From Candidatus Marinacidobacterium sp. (lineage in GTDB: Bacteria; Acidobacteriota; Vicinamibacteria; Marinacidobacterales; Marinacidobacteraceae): DNA of 64,000 nucleotides. The notes under the pieces were generated by a model. It was given only the letters and a program-made list of their open reading frames with translations, searched no databases and was not told where the DNA came from. Position numbers and translations under genes: made by a program. The first letter of the stretch is position 1, and each line of letters opens with the position of its first letter. The DNA lies in the NCBI GenBank assembly GCA_965220965.1, contig OZ244852.1, positions 2,208,001-2,272,000 on the forward strand, in the 5' to 3' direction. Of the stretch, positions 20,242 through 29,423 are shown one piece after another.

Positions 20242-20976
20242 ATGGACGCGCTTTCGCTTCTCACCGCCGTTGGCGCCGGCGTGGTGAGCTTCCTGTCGCC
20301 GTGCGTGCTGCCGCTCGTCCCCGGCTACATCTCCTTCGTCTCGGGCGCATCGCTGAGCGACCTCACGAGCGGCGCCGGGACCCCGGAGGAGCGCGCGGCG
20401 CGCCGGCGGCGCATCGTGCTGAACACGGTGCTCTTCGTCCTGGGGTTCTCGATCGTGTTCGTGGCGATGGGGGCCTCGGCGACCTACGCCGGCCAGTGGC
20501 TGGCCGGGAACCGGATCTGGCTCGGCCGGATCGCCGGGACCGCGATCGTGATTCTGGGCCTCCATGTCATGGGGGTCCTGAAGATCCCCTTCCTGAACGT
20601 GGAGAAGCGCTTCCACACCCAGCGCGAACCGGTGGGCTGGATCGGATCCTTCGCGATCGGACTCGCGTTCGCCTTCGGCTGGTCTCCCTGCATCGGGCCG
20701 ATCCTGGCGGGCGTCCTGGTCCTCGCCGCGAACCACGAGACCGTGGGCCAGGGCATCGTCCTGCTGTCCGCTTATTCCGCCGGACTCGGCGTGCCCTTCA
20801 TCCTCACCGGCCTCGCGGTCGACCGCTTCTTCGCGGTCTCCAAGCGGGTGAAGCGGCACATGCGGGTGGTGGAAATCGTGGCCGGCGTCCTTCTCATCGT
20901 GATCGGGGTCCTGGTCTTCACCGACAGCCTGCAGGCGCTCGCCCAGTACCTGACCTTCCTGCCGGTTCTCGGCTGA
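20242..20976 (+). CDS. ccdA: Cytochrome c biogenesis protein CcdA (DsbD-like)
   Basis: AGVVSFLSPCVLPLVPGYISF and FGWSPCIGPILAG, six TMs. Confidence 0.94.
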   Translation: MDALSLLTAVGAGVVSFLSPCVLPLVPGYISFVSGASLSDLTSGAGTPEERAARRRRIVLNTVLFVLGFSIVFVAMGASATYAGQWLAGNRIWLGRIAGTAIVILGLHVMGVLKIPFLNVEKRFHTQREPVGWIGSFAIGLAFAFGWSPCIGPILAGVLVLAANHETVGQGIVLLSAYSAGLGVPFILTGLAVDRFFAVSKRVKRHMRVVEIVAGVLLIVIGVLVFTDSLQALAQYLTFLPVLG

Positions 20977-20984
20977 GGTTCGCC

Positions 20985-21374
20985 ATGTCCGTCCTCATTG
21001 CGGCCGTCCTCCTCGCTCTGTCGCCCGCCGCCGCGGCGCAGGAACCCTGGGACGTTTCCGACGAAATCCGGGCGGTGCAAAACCCGGTGCCGGCGGACGA
21101 AGCGGCCATCGAGGCGGGACGCGGGTTCTACGCCGCCCGCTGCGCCTCGTGCCACGGCGACACCGGGAAGGGAGACGGCAGGGCCACCCGGTTCATCAAG
21201 CCCGCGCCCGCCGACATCTCGACCGCGGAGGCCCGCGACCGGATGACGGATGGAGAGATGTTCTACAAGATCACCGAGGGCAGGAAGCCCATGCCCGGCA
21301 TGAAGCGGACGCTCAGCGACGAAGAGCGCTGGCAGGTCGTCCACTTCCTGCGCACCCTCCAGCCGCCGAGGTAG
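20985..21374 (+). CDS. Monoheme c-type cytochrome
   Basis: Signal peptide, CASCH, distal Met in KPMPG, ERWQVVHFLRTL. Confidence 0.92.
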   Translation: MSVLIAAVLLALSPAAAAQEPWDVSDEIRAVQNPVPADEAAIEAGRGFYAARCASCHGDTGKGDGRATRFIKPAPADISTAEARDRMTDGEMFYKITEGRKPMPGMKRTLSDEERWQVVHFLRTLQPPR

Positions 21375-21429
21375 AAGCCAGAGCGGGATGTCCCCCGGGA
21401 CCGCCGCCGATCCGCCGAGGGAGGAAACC

Positions 21430-21972
21430 ATGAAGACCACCCGGAATCGTTCCGCGCGGCGCGCCGCCGCGGTCCTGCTGCTCGCAGTCACCGGCTGTGT
21501 GGCCCCGCCCCCCGAGGGAGGGAGCGCCGGCGCCGGGCTGGCGGCGGAGATGCCCGACCTCGTTCTCCCCCACGCGGACGGGAGCGGCGAACTCGACCTG
21601 CGGGCCGCGACCGAGGGCAAGGTGGCGCTGGTCGACCTCTGGGCGACCTGGTGCGTCCCGTGCGTCGCCGAGCTCCCCCATCTCCAGCAACTGTCGGATG
21701 AACTGCCCGAGGAGGACTTCCTGATGCTCGGGATCGTGCTCGAGTCGGGAGACGCCGAGGGCGTGGCCGAATTCGTGGCCGACAAGGACATCACCTACCC
21801 GAACGTCATGGGCTCCGACGCCGCCCGCGACGCCTTCGGGCCCTTCCTCGGCTACCCGACGAAGTACCTCATCGACAAGGAAGGCAAGCTGATCAAGCGC
21901 TACTTCGGCGCGGTCGGCGACATCCTCGATCACGAGATCGGCCAACTCCTGGAGACCGGCGCGATCAACTGA
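21430..21972 (+). CDS. TlpA/ResA family thiol-disulfide oxidoreductase lipoprotein
   Basis: Lipobox LAVTGC, DLWATWCVPCVAELP, cis-Pro motif GYPT. RBS GAGGA. Confidence 0.92.
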   Translation: MKTTRNRSARRAAAVLLLAVTGCVAPPPEGGSAGAGLAAEMPDLVLPHADGSGELDLRAATEGKVALVDLWATWCVPCVAELPHLQQLSDELPEEDFLMLGIVLESGDAEGVAEFVADKDITYPNVMGSDAARDAFGPFLGYPTKYLIDKEGKLIKRYFGAVGDILDHEIGQLLETGAIN

Positions 21973-22152
21973 GCGGCCGCTCCCGCGAAGCGGAGCGCGC
22001 GGGGGTGATCCGGGAGGCGTCGCCCCGAAGCCGGTTGGGGGAGGCTTGTCTGCCCATACGCCCGGAGTCCGGGAAGAAGACCAGGTCGGAGTCTGCGCGG
22101 CCTGCGTTAGTCTTCGGGCAGTATTTCTGACACGTTGACCGAGACCCGGACC

Positions 22153-22764
22153 ATGAGCAGCCTCCCCAAACGCATCATGCAGCACGCGGAGGCCCTCCCG
22201 GAGGCGACGCCGCTCTGCCCCGGCGCGCTGCTGCACCTCGGCAAGCGGGCCGCGGTCGACCAGGCGCTGTCGCGTCTCGCCCGGTCCGGTCGACTCAGGA
22301 GGATCTGCCAGGGTGTCTACATGCGCCCGATCCACACCCGGTTTGGACCTTGCGCGCCGCCCAGAAAGAAGGTCCTCAAGGCTCTTTCGGCGCTGTGGGG
22401 CGAGACCATCGCGCCACACGGCGGGGGGGCGGCCAATTGGCTTCGTCTGACGACGCAGAATCCGGTGCGGGCGATCTACCTGACGTCCGGCCCCAGCCGC
22501 CGGCTGCGTTTCGGCTCGTCCGTCGTCGAACTGCGTCACGCGCCGCGCTGGCAACTGGTGTCCCCGGAGGGCAATGCGGGGCATCTCATCCGCGCCCTCG
22601 CGTGGCTCGGTCCGGAAGAGGTCGAAGACGCTCTGGACGCCGTCCTGCCGACGTTTTCTGAGACCGAGATGGAGGAGCTGTCAGCAGCCCGCGCCGTGCT
22701 GCCGATGTGGATGGCCGAACCACTGAGCGCGCGGATCCAGACGGCGGAGCCGGCCGCTTCGTAG
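22153..22764 (+). CDS. DUF6088 family protein (AbiEi-like type IV TA antitoxin), no cognate toxin adjacent
   Basis: LLHLGKRAAVDQALSRLARSGRLRRICQGVY, GGGAANWLRLTTQNPVRAIYLTSGPSRRL, ELRHAPRWQL, IRALAWLGPE. Confidence 0.85.
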   Translation: MSSLPKRIMQHAEALPEATPLCPGALLHLGKRAAVDQALSRLARSGRLRRICQGVYMRPIHTRFGPCAPPRKKVLKALSALWGETIAPHGGGAANWLRLTTQNPVRAIYLTSGPSRRLRFGSSVVELRHAPRWQLVSPEGNAGHLIRALAWLGPEEVEDALDAVLPTFSETEMEELSAARAVLPMWMAEPLSARIQTAEPAAS

Positions 22765-22783
22765 CGGTCGTTCGGCGGAGGCT

Positions 22784-22841
22784 CTCCCCTTCCGCAACGA
22801 AGGGGAGTCCCTGTCGGCTCCATCAGGATGGACGAGCCGAC
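22784..22841. terminator. Two adjacent hairpins between convergent genes
   Basis: ctccccttc-cgcaac-gaaggggag (22784-22807) and gtcggctc...gagccgac (22813-22841). Confidence 0.5.
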
Positions 22842-22856
22842 GCAGGCCAGCACCGA

Positions 22857-23096
22857 TCACCCGACTCGTCCCGGATCGCGACGTCGCTCGGCCCGAACCC
22901 ACCCGGCGGGATCCCGATCCCAACCGTGGTCCCGGTCCGGGACCGTCCCGGCAGACCTTCGGATCAGTTCCCAGCGATGGTGGTGATCCACGGCGGCCTG
23001 CAGCGCGCGGCGGACGAACTCGCTGCGCCCGCGCGGTCCGGCGATGGCGTCCACCCGCGCCATCAAAGCGTCGTCAACGTGGATGTTCAGTCGCAT
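22857..23096 (-). CDS. Ribbon-helix-helix (CopG/VapB-like) antitoxin-type protein, orphan
   Basis: MRLNIHVDDALMARVDAIAGPRGRSEFVRRAL RHH pattern, followed by a VapB-like tail (DPAGWVRAERR). Confidence 0.75.
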   Translation of the reverse strand: MRLNIHVDDALMARVDAIAGPRGRSEFVRRALQAAVDHHHRWELIRRSAGTVPDRDHGWDRDPAGWVRAERRRDPGRVG

Positions 23097-23182
23097 GGGA
23101 ATTCGATAGCACGATTCAGGCCGCCCGCTCAGCGCTCGAGGCGCTCCCTCCGTCCGGATCGCCACCGAACCAGCGCGGCGAA

Positions 23183-23274
23183 ACGCCGAATCACCCGTTG
23201 GGGATACGCCGAATCACCGGTTGAGAACACTCCAAATCACAGGTTGAAGATCCGCCGAATCACCGGTTTGATCT
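23183..23274 (+). repeat. Tandem array of four 23-bp direct repeats (consensus aCgCCgAATCACcgGTTg + 5 variable nt)
   Basis: Units start at 23183, 23206, 23229 and 23252: acgccgaatcacccgttggggat / acgccgaatcaccggttgagaac / actccaaatcacaggttgaagat / ccgccgaatcaccggtttgatct. A degenerate extra unit is at about 23162. Confidence 0.9.
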
Positions 23275-23305
23275 ACACTCCCCACCAACCGCGGCCGGCG
23301 CCGCC

Positions 23306-24580
23306 GTGCGGCGGGAACTCCCCTTGCGCTACCTCCCGCGGATCGTCGACTCCGAGCTGTCGGATCGCCTGCGGGGAGCGGGGGCGGTCATCATCGAGGG
23401 TCCGCGAGCGTGTGGCAAGACCTCGACAGCCCGCCAGCGGGCGGCCAGCGAGGCGCTGCTCGACACCGACGAGAACGCGCGAAGGATGGTTGATGCGGAC
23501 CCGGCCGCGGCTCTCGCGGGGGAGACGCCGCGCCTGTTCGACGAATGGCAGCTCGCTCCTTCGATCTGGAACCACGTGCGGCGGGCGGTGGATGACCGGG
23601 CGAGACCAGGCCAGTTCCTTCTGACCGGGTCGGCGCTGCCGGCTGACGACGTCACGCGTGACACGGGCGCCGGGCGCTTCTCGCGGCTGCGCATGCGTCC
23701 GCTCACCCTGATGGAGATGGGAGAGGCCAGCGGGGAGGTGTCCCTCGCGGGCCTGCTCGACGGAGACCGCTCGCTCGCGCGGCGCTCGGACCTCAGCGTC
23801 GCGGCCCTCGTGGAGCTCATCTGCTCCGGGGGGTGGCCCGGACATCTGGCGCTGCCGGCGAAGCAGCGGTTGCGAGCCAACCGCGACTATCTGGACGAGA
23901 TCCGGCGCGTGGACATCCGTCGAGCGGATGGCAGAGCGCGGGATCCGGTGAAGATCGGCAGGCTGCTGCGATCCCTGGCGTGGAACGTCGCCACCCCGGT
24001 CTCCCTGTCCCGGCTCGCCGTCGAGACCGGCGGACCGGACCGCGCCCTCAGTGCAGACACCGCCGCCGACTACCTGGAAGCGCTCGAACGGCTCATGGTG
24101 GTCGAGCACCAGGTCGCCTGGTCACCCCACCTGCGGTCGCGGACGACCCTGCGGACCACGCCGGTCCGCCACTTCGTGGACCCCTCGCTGGCTGTCGCCG
24201 CCCTCCGGGCGACTCCGGACCGCCTCATGGCCGATCTCCGCTACACGGGATTCCTCTTCGAGTCGCTGGTCGTCCGGGATCTGCGGGTCTACGCCCAGGC
24301 GGCCGACGCCGAGGTCTTCTGCTACCGCGAGAAGGAGGGCCTCGAGGTGGACGCCATCGTGGATGCCGGCGACGGTCGGTGGGCCGCTTTCGAGGTCAAG
24401 CTGGGCGAGCGCTGGGTGGACCAGGCCGCCGGGTCCCTCCTGCGACTCCGGGATCGCCTGCGAGGGAACCGGGACGGCTACGGGGAACCCTCGGCGCTCT
24501 GCGTCGTGGTCCCGGGCGGCGCCGGATACCGCAGGGAGGACGGCGTGCGCGTCGTCCCGATCGGAGCGCTCGGTCCGTAG
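23306..24580 (+). CDS. AAA_14 ATPase + DUF4143 (COG1373-like ATPase-wHTH-PD-(D/E)xK) protein
   Basis: YLPRIVD, Walker A GPRACGKTS, Walker B LFDEWQ, LLTGSA, GGWP, HFVDPSLA, GFLFESLVVRDLR, EVDAIV...AFEVK. Confidence 0.92.
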   Translation: MRRELPLRYLPRIVDSELSDRLRGAGAVIIEGPRACGKTSTARQRAASEALLDTDENARRMVDADPAAALAGETPRLFDEWQLAPSIWNHVRRAVDDRARPGQFLLTGSALPADDVTRDTGAGRFSRLRMRPLTLMEMGEASGEVSLAGLLDGDRSLARRSDLSVAALVELICSGGWPGHLALPAKQRLRANRDYLDEIRRVDIRRADGRARDPVKIGRLLRSLAWNVATPVSLSRLAVETGGPDRALSADTAADYLEALERLMVVEHQVAWSPHLRSRTTLRTTPVRHFVDPSLAVAALRATPDRLMADLRYTGFLFESLVVRDLRVYAQAADAEVFCYREKEGLEVDAIVDAGDGRWAAFEVKLGERWVDQAAGSLLRLRDRLRGNRDGYGEPSALCVVVPGGAGYRREDGVRVVPIGALGP

Positions 24581-24639
24581 AGCGACGACGCCCGTCTACC
24601 CGAATCCGCGGGTTCTCGCCGGCGTCTCCCGGGGCAAAC

Positions 24640-27627
24640 TCAGCTCTTCTTCCCGCCGTGGACCGAGGGCTCGGCGCACCACTTGGCGCGCAACAGGGTG
24701 ATCTGCTCCATGGCGGGCTCATCGAATCCCAAAGCTTCCGCGAAGACAAGGCGATCCAGCTCGATCCGGGCCGGATCCTGGTGGCTGCGATGGGCGGGAA
24801 GGAACTCGGCTTCGTTCATGTCGTCAAAGGCGCGCTCCAGCCCTCGAAGCTGCGCGGCCGTAAGACGGCGAAGGTCCAGCACCGGGAGGTCGGGTAGCCG
24901 GGAAGTCGTGAGGCGCGCTCTGCCCGACTGCTGCGTGGAACCGAGCCACCAGAACAGGAGCAGGCCGAGGGTCGAGTTGGCCCAGGCGATCATGGCTCGA
25001 TCCCAACGGGGATCGGTGAGCCTGACGGACGGCCACGCCGTACCTCCAATCGCCGGATCCGGCGTCAGACAAGCGGCGAGACTCTGTGAGTTGAGTCGAA
25101 AGTCACGGTTGAAGTGGAGGGGACTCGCCGTCTCCCAGACTCGTGAGGCGTCGGCCTGTCTCCCAGGTCGTACTTTTCCCATCGTATCTGGCAATACCGT
25201 GAGGCGACGTTCTCGCGCTGCGGCATGGCCCCACAAGATGGGAAACGTGGGAACTCCAACGATCGGGACGACGCGAAACGGACCACGGGGCTTCACGTTC
25301 GACTTCACGCGGCCGCCGATATCGCGATCCACTGGGCCGCGCTCCCCCAGCGTGCCGAGGGCAACCAGGGGGATCGGCCTGGTATCTCCAGTCCGCACAA
25401 GAGGGAGCGAACCACCCCGCAGACCCATGGCGGCCTCGACAAGCTGCAGATCAACAACACCGGCGCAGCCTCCGTCACGGAGACTGGCCCGGATCCCCGT
25501 TCCGATTCGGGTCGACCCCGTCAGAATCTCAAAGCGACGCCCGCTTCTCACTCCGTCCGTCAGCGCACCGCCACGAATCCCACGAGCGGCTTGGTGGGCG
25601 GCGGTGACCGTTCGCGGACGTGAATCGAGGCTGACCCAGGTTGCTTGGGCCGCCTCCAGTTCCTCCGGGCCCAGTCCGTATCGGCGGCGAGCAAGGAGTA
25701 GCACCTCCGCCATTCCGGTGTCCGCAGAGAAGGATTTCTCTTCGCTCCGGGCGCCGGCGAGCGAAACGATCACGATGTCTTCGTAGTGTCGGGCCAGGAG
25801 CCGGCGGGCGGAAAGCCACGAAGCTCCCAGCGTCAGGGCCGCCGGGAGAACTAGCGCGATGACCCCACCGGGCCGGACCTTCGCGTGCGCGAGGTCCAGA
25901 AAGTTAGACCCCAGGCCCGCGTTCCCATTGCTCGCGGGGAGCGCCTCTGCGGCGCCGGCTCCTCCCTTGCGACGCGCCGCGCTCCGGCGGCGAACGATCG
26001 CCCCGCGCAGCTCCTTGAGCGTCCGGGACATCTCCTGCTGCTCGGCCTTGGTCTTCCCGAATCCCGCGAAGGAGGGCACGGCTTCGTCGGAGATCTCGTG
26101 GTTCGTCGCGCGGGGGAAGGGAGGATTCATGATCACAAGATCGAGGGAGGCATCCTTCAGAGCGAACTCTTCGCTGACTACTTCCCCGCGGGAGACAGCC
26201 CTTGCGCTCTTTCCTCCCAAGCCCTTGATGTGGTCCGTCATTCCCGTCCCGAACAGCGGCAGGACCTTCGTCTTCTCCGACATCAAGCTGAGGCTACCGA
26301 GACCCACGTGAGATCCAGGCACCGGTCCATAGGGGAGGGCGAAAACCTGGGTATCTGCGTAAGGCGTCGTCGGGTGGACGCTCGACAGCATGGACGCCGT
26401 GAGGTGCGTCGCCGCCGGCATGATGTCCGCAGCGATCAGGCACTTCTCCATCATCGTGGGGTGCGCCTCGCGGTCGTCATGGCCGGCCCGCCGGTGTCGG
26501 CCGATGAGGGCGTGGTACGCCGCCGAGATCAGCGTTCCCGTGCCGCACGCGAGATCTCCAACCCGAACCGAGGTCATCCCGGTCTCGAGCCAGGGAACGC
26601 GGAGCATGCTGACCGCGAGCTCGGAAAGGAGGGCCGCCGACTCGGGCCGGGTGTAGTAGGTGGCCAGGAACTTGCGGTCCTGGATGAGCTGCTGGAACAT
26701 GCGGCCGGTGAGGTCGTGGGATGAGGTCGCCCCGAGCGCCGCCAGCTCATCGGCGGCCCTCGCGAGGATTTCCAGCACCGCGGCCGCCGCGGAGGACGGG
26801 ATCCCCACGAGAAGCTCTCTCGCGATGTGGAAGATCGGCCAGTAGTTGATCCTCAGGATCGCGTCCCACTCGCGCACCAGCGCATCGCGTCCCAACCGCC
26901 CACCGGGGGGGCGCAACTGCGCCAGCGTCCGGATCCCGTGAGCCCCGGCGACGACTGCATGAAAGGTGCAGGCGTTCGCCACGATGGCCATCGCCATCCT
27001 CTCGGTCTGCACACCGGGGTCCTGGAACAGCTTGGCCGCGATATCGCTGAGCACGGCAGGCTTGTCAGTCAGCTCCGCGGCCAGTCGGCTCGCGGCCTGA
27101 CGGACGGCGGTCTCCAGCACATCGGTACTCCGCGCCACGGCGGACTCCGAGACGGCGAGGACCTCGAGCAGCGCCGCAAGCTCATCGACGCCACCCTCGA
27201 GCCAGCCCTCGTCGGGGAACTGGGCGGGAGGGGCAACGGCATCGGTCGCGCCACTCGCGCCAGAGATGACCTTGAACCGGTACTTCGACGCCTCGACGTG
27301 CGCATCGAGCTCGGTTTCCGGCGCCTCCCGTAGAGCGACGGGCATACAGACGGCAACGGCCCGCTCGACGGCCTGACCGGTCTCCGCGGCGACGCGGCCC
27401 AGCCGGCTCCGGGCATCCTCGATGACCGTGTTCGCGGGCTCGTACTCGGTCTCCACGACGAGCGGGCCACCACCCTCGCCCAGGACGAAGATGTCCGGGC
27501 GTCCGGCGCCTTCGAGTGCGCCGAGGCTCTCAGCCGAGAGCCGGTCCGGTTCGCGCCAGATCGGGTTCTTCTTGCGAAGACAACGCGCCAGCGACGTGTT
27601 CAGGGTGTGCTCGTCGTTGCGGATCAA
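24640..27627 (-). CDS. Type IIG-like fused restriction endonuclease / N6-adenine methyltransferase / TRD
   Basis: N-terminal PDIFV..VVETEY nuclease-like motif, motif X YYTRPE, motif I DLACGTGTL, motif IV MNPPF, C-terminal TRD-like region. TTG start at 27627 inferred. Locally lower GC. Confidence 0.85.
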   Translation of the reverse strand: MIRNDEHTLNTSLARCLRKKNPIWREPDRLSAESLGALEGAGRPDIFVLGEGGGPLVVETEYEPANTVIEDARSRLGRVAAETGQAVERAVAVCMPVALREAPETELDAHVEASKYRFKVISGASGATDAVAPPAQFPDEGWLEGGVDELAALLEVLAVSESAVARSTDVLETAVRQAASRLAAELTDKPAVLSDIAAKLFQDPGVQTERMAMAIVANACTFHAVVAGAHGIRTLAQLRPPGGRLGRDALVREWDAILRINYWPIFHIARELLVGIPSSAAAAVLEILARAADELAALGATSSHDLTGRMFQQLIQDRKFLATYYTRPESAALLSELAVSMLRVPWLETGMTSVRVGDLACGTGTLISAAYHALIGRHRRAGHDDREAHPTMMEKCLIAADIMPAATHLTASMLSSVHPTTPYADTQVFALPYGPVPGSHVGLGSLSLMSEKTKVLPLFGTGMTDHIKGLGGKSARAVSRGEVVSEEFALKDASLDLVIMNPPFPRATNHEISDEAVPSFAGFGKTKAEQQEMSRTLKELRGAIVRRRSAARRKGGAGAAEALPASNGNAGLGSNFLDLAHAKVRPGGVIALVLPAALTLGASWLSARRLLARHYEDIVIVSLAGARSEEKSFSADTGMAEVLLLARRRYGLGPEELEAAQATWVSLDSRPRTVTAAHQAARGIRGGALTDGVRSGRRFEILTGSTRIGTGIRASLRDGGCAGVVDLQLVEAAMGLRGGSLPLVRTGDTRPIPLVALGTLGERGPVDRDIGGRVKSNVKPRGPFRVVPIVGVPTFPILWGHAAARERRLTVLPDTMGKVRPGRQADASRVWETASPLHFNRDFRLNSQSLAACLTPDPAIGGTAWPSVRLTDPRWDRAMIAWANSTLGLLLFWWLGSTQQSGRARLTTSRLPDLPVLDLRRLTAAQLRGLERAFDDMNEAEFLPAHRSHQDPARIELDRLVFAEALGFDEPAMEQITLLRAKWCAEPSVHGGKKS

Positions 27628-27742
27628 GGTGAAGCGGCGTTCGCGCCCGTAGCCGGAGAGTCGGAGTCTCTCCGATCCGCGAGGCGGCGACAGGCCCCGG
27701 GGCCGCTGCATGGATCGGGGCTGCGCGGCGCGGCCAACTATG

Positions 27743-28258
27743 TCACGGCAGGAGGCGCGGTTTTCCTTCCGCCCAGTCCGTACGAAAGTCGAGCCGCCGA
27801 ACCAGATCGAAGACATCGATGGCCTCGACTCCGAATTGCCTGCAGACGTCCGGAAGGCGTCGGTTGGACCTTGTCTTGCTCGGCCCTTCCTTCTCGTTCG
27901 TCACGACCGTAATCCCTTCGGGGCTCTCCATTCCGTACGCCACGAGGAACGGGTCGCCGCCGATCTTCTCGAGTTCCACCCGGTCCGGACGCGGCCCATA
28001 GCCCTCTTCCAGGACTCTTCGCACCAGTTCCGTGTTCACCTCTCCCTTGTAGACGAGTTCCTTCCGGTGAGCGCGCGCCCAGGCAACCAGATCGTCTTTG
28101 CTTCCCCTGACAACCTCGCGCCACATCTCGTCGGGGATCTTCACGACCTCGTTCTGCGCGCGCCAGAGAAGCCATCCCCAGAACTCGGGAACCCGATCGA
28201 GCGGGTAGTAGTCCCTGGCGGCGTCGATCAGGACATTCGCGTCCAGGAGGTAGAGCAC
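27743..28258 (-). CDS. DUF4411 family PIN-like protein
   Basis: MLYLLDANVLIDAARDYYPLDRVPEFWGWL...GDPFLVAY...TVVTNE...LPDVC. Confidence 0.88.
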   Translation of the reverse strand: MLYLLDANVLIDAARDYYPLDRVPEFWGWLLWRAQNEVVKIPDEMWREVVRGSKDDLVAWARAHRKELVYKGEVNTELVRRVLEEGYGPRPDRVELEKIGGDPFLVAYGMESPEGITVVTNEKEGPSKTRSNRRLPDVCRQFGVEAIDVFDLVRRLDFRTDWAEGKPRLLP

Positions 28259-28268
28259 GGCGCAGTGC

Positions 28269-29423
28269 TCAGATGCCGAGAATCGGACCGACCTGGCGAG
28301 GGCTAACGCCGAGAATGACGGCGGCTTTCGTTGTCGTCAGGTTGCGCGCCCGCAGGGAACGCCGGACGAGATCCCGGAGTGGCTGCCCCAGAGCATGCTG
28401 CTTGACCTTCACAGGGGGAGCGAAACCGGCTTGAGGTCGGGGGCTGGCGCGTTCGCGCCGCTCCTCCCACCGCTGCCGCAGGACCTCCGTCACCCGGCGG
28501 AAAGCATCCGCGCCGAGGCGATCCGACCGCCACAGCCGGTAGGCGAGGTGGGCGCTGCTGATGCCGAGATCCCTGGCCTGCTCGTCCAGCCAGTCGACGA
28601 GTTCTTCGCCCGACAGACCGCGCCAGTCCAGAGCGGGGAGGGCATCTGGAGCGAGCAGGAATCTGGAGGCCGCGTCGTTGCACAGACGCTCGACATCGTT
28701 GTCGAAGCAGTCGTTCCCCACTCCGCTCTGCCCCAGCAGCAGGTGGACCAGTTCGTGAACCAGCGTGAACGAACGAGCCGCCTTGGCGTCGTTGTCGTTG
28801 ATGACGACGAACGGAGCGATCCCGTCGGCCAGCGAGAGCCCGCGAAACACGCTGGTGTCCAGGTCGGTGTGGTAGCTCCCGAGGTCTCCCCGGAGCAGGA
28901 CGAAGACGCCGCTGGCTTCCGCCTTCTGGCGCAACGTCGCAAAGGAAGGCGCCCTGTCCCGGTCGCGCGGTGACCCAAGGAGCTCCACAAGGGCCTGGTG
29001 GATGGCCTCCAGACCGGCCGAGGGGTGAAGAGCACCCACGAAATCGAGTGGCGTGGCCCCTTCGTCCTGAAGGAGGTCCCGGACGAGGGCCTGAGCGGCC
29101 TGGACATCGCGGATCAGCGCATCGAGGTGCGGCCTGTTCACGGCGTTCGCGCCTTGCGGCAGAGTGCGAAAATCCGGCAACGCGTCGCCGCCGGGCGGCG
29201 GACGCTCCAGATAGAAGGCGATGAGCGGCTGCCGGTAGCGCTCCGACATCCTGAACAACTGGCTCTGCGTCGGAGGCTTGGCGCCCGACTCGAGCGCCGC
29301 GAGCCGCTCCGCGGCGCTCTTCCCGGAAGCGGGACGGAACCCCAGCTTCCTGGCCGCTTCCTCCCCCGAGAGCCCGGCGCTCCTGCGGGCCCAGACGAGG
29401 AGTTCGGGATTCACTTCCGGCAT
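28269..29423 (-). CDS. XRE-type HTH + ImmA/IrrE (M78) metallopeptidase
   Basis: VNPELLVWARRSAGLS HTH, PDFRTL, FVVINDNDAKAARSFTLVHELVH (HExxH), VERLCNDAA. Confidence 0.9.
   Translation of the reverse strand: MPEVNPELLVWARRSAGLSGEEAARKLGFRPASGKSAAERLAALESGAKPPTQSQLFRMSERYRQPLIAFYLERPPPGGDALPDFRTLPQGANAVNRPHLDALIRDVQAAQALVRDLLQDEGATPLDFVGALHPSAGLEAIHQALVELLGSPRDRDRAPSFATLRQKAEASGVFVLLRGDLGSYHTDLDTSVFRGLSLADGIAPFVVINDNDAKAARSFTLVHELVHLLLGQSGVGNDCFDNDVERLCNDAASRFLLAPDALPALDWRGLSGEELVDWLDEQARDLGISSAHLAYRLWRSDRLGADAFRRVTEVLRQRWEERRERASPRPQAGFAPPVKVKQHALGQPLRDLVRRSLRARNLTTTKAAVILGVSPRQVGPILGI

Noticed and set aside
18345-21374. 1009-aa ORF ending in a cytochrome c domain
   Set aside because: Only the last 129 aa (from ATG 20985) look real. 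The rest overlaps yifB antisense and ccdA out of frame.
22681-22860. Possible PIN toxin downstream of the RHH gene
   Set aside because: The frames overlapping the RHH stop lack a PIN N-terminal D(T/S) motif and run into hairpins and the convergent DUF6088 gene.
23183-23274. CRISPR interpretation of the 23-bp array
   Set aside because: Variable parts are only about 5 nt, the repeats are degenerate, and there are no cas genes in the window.
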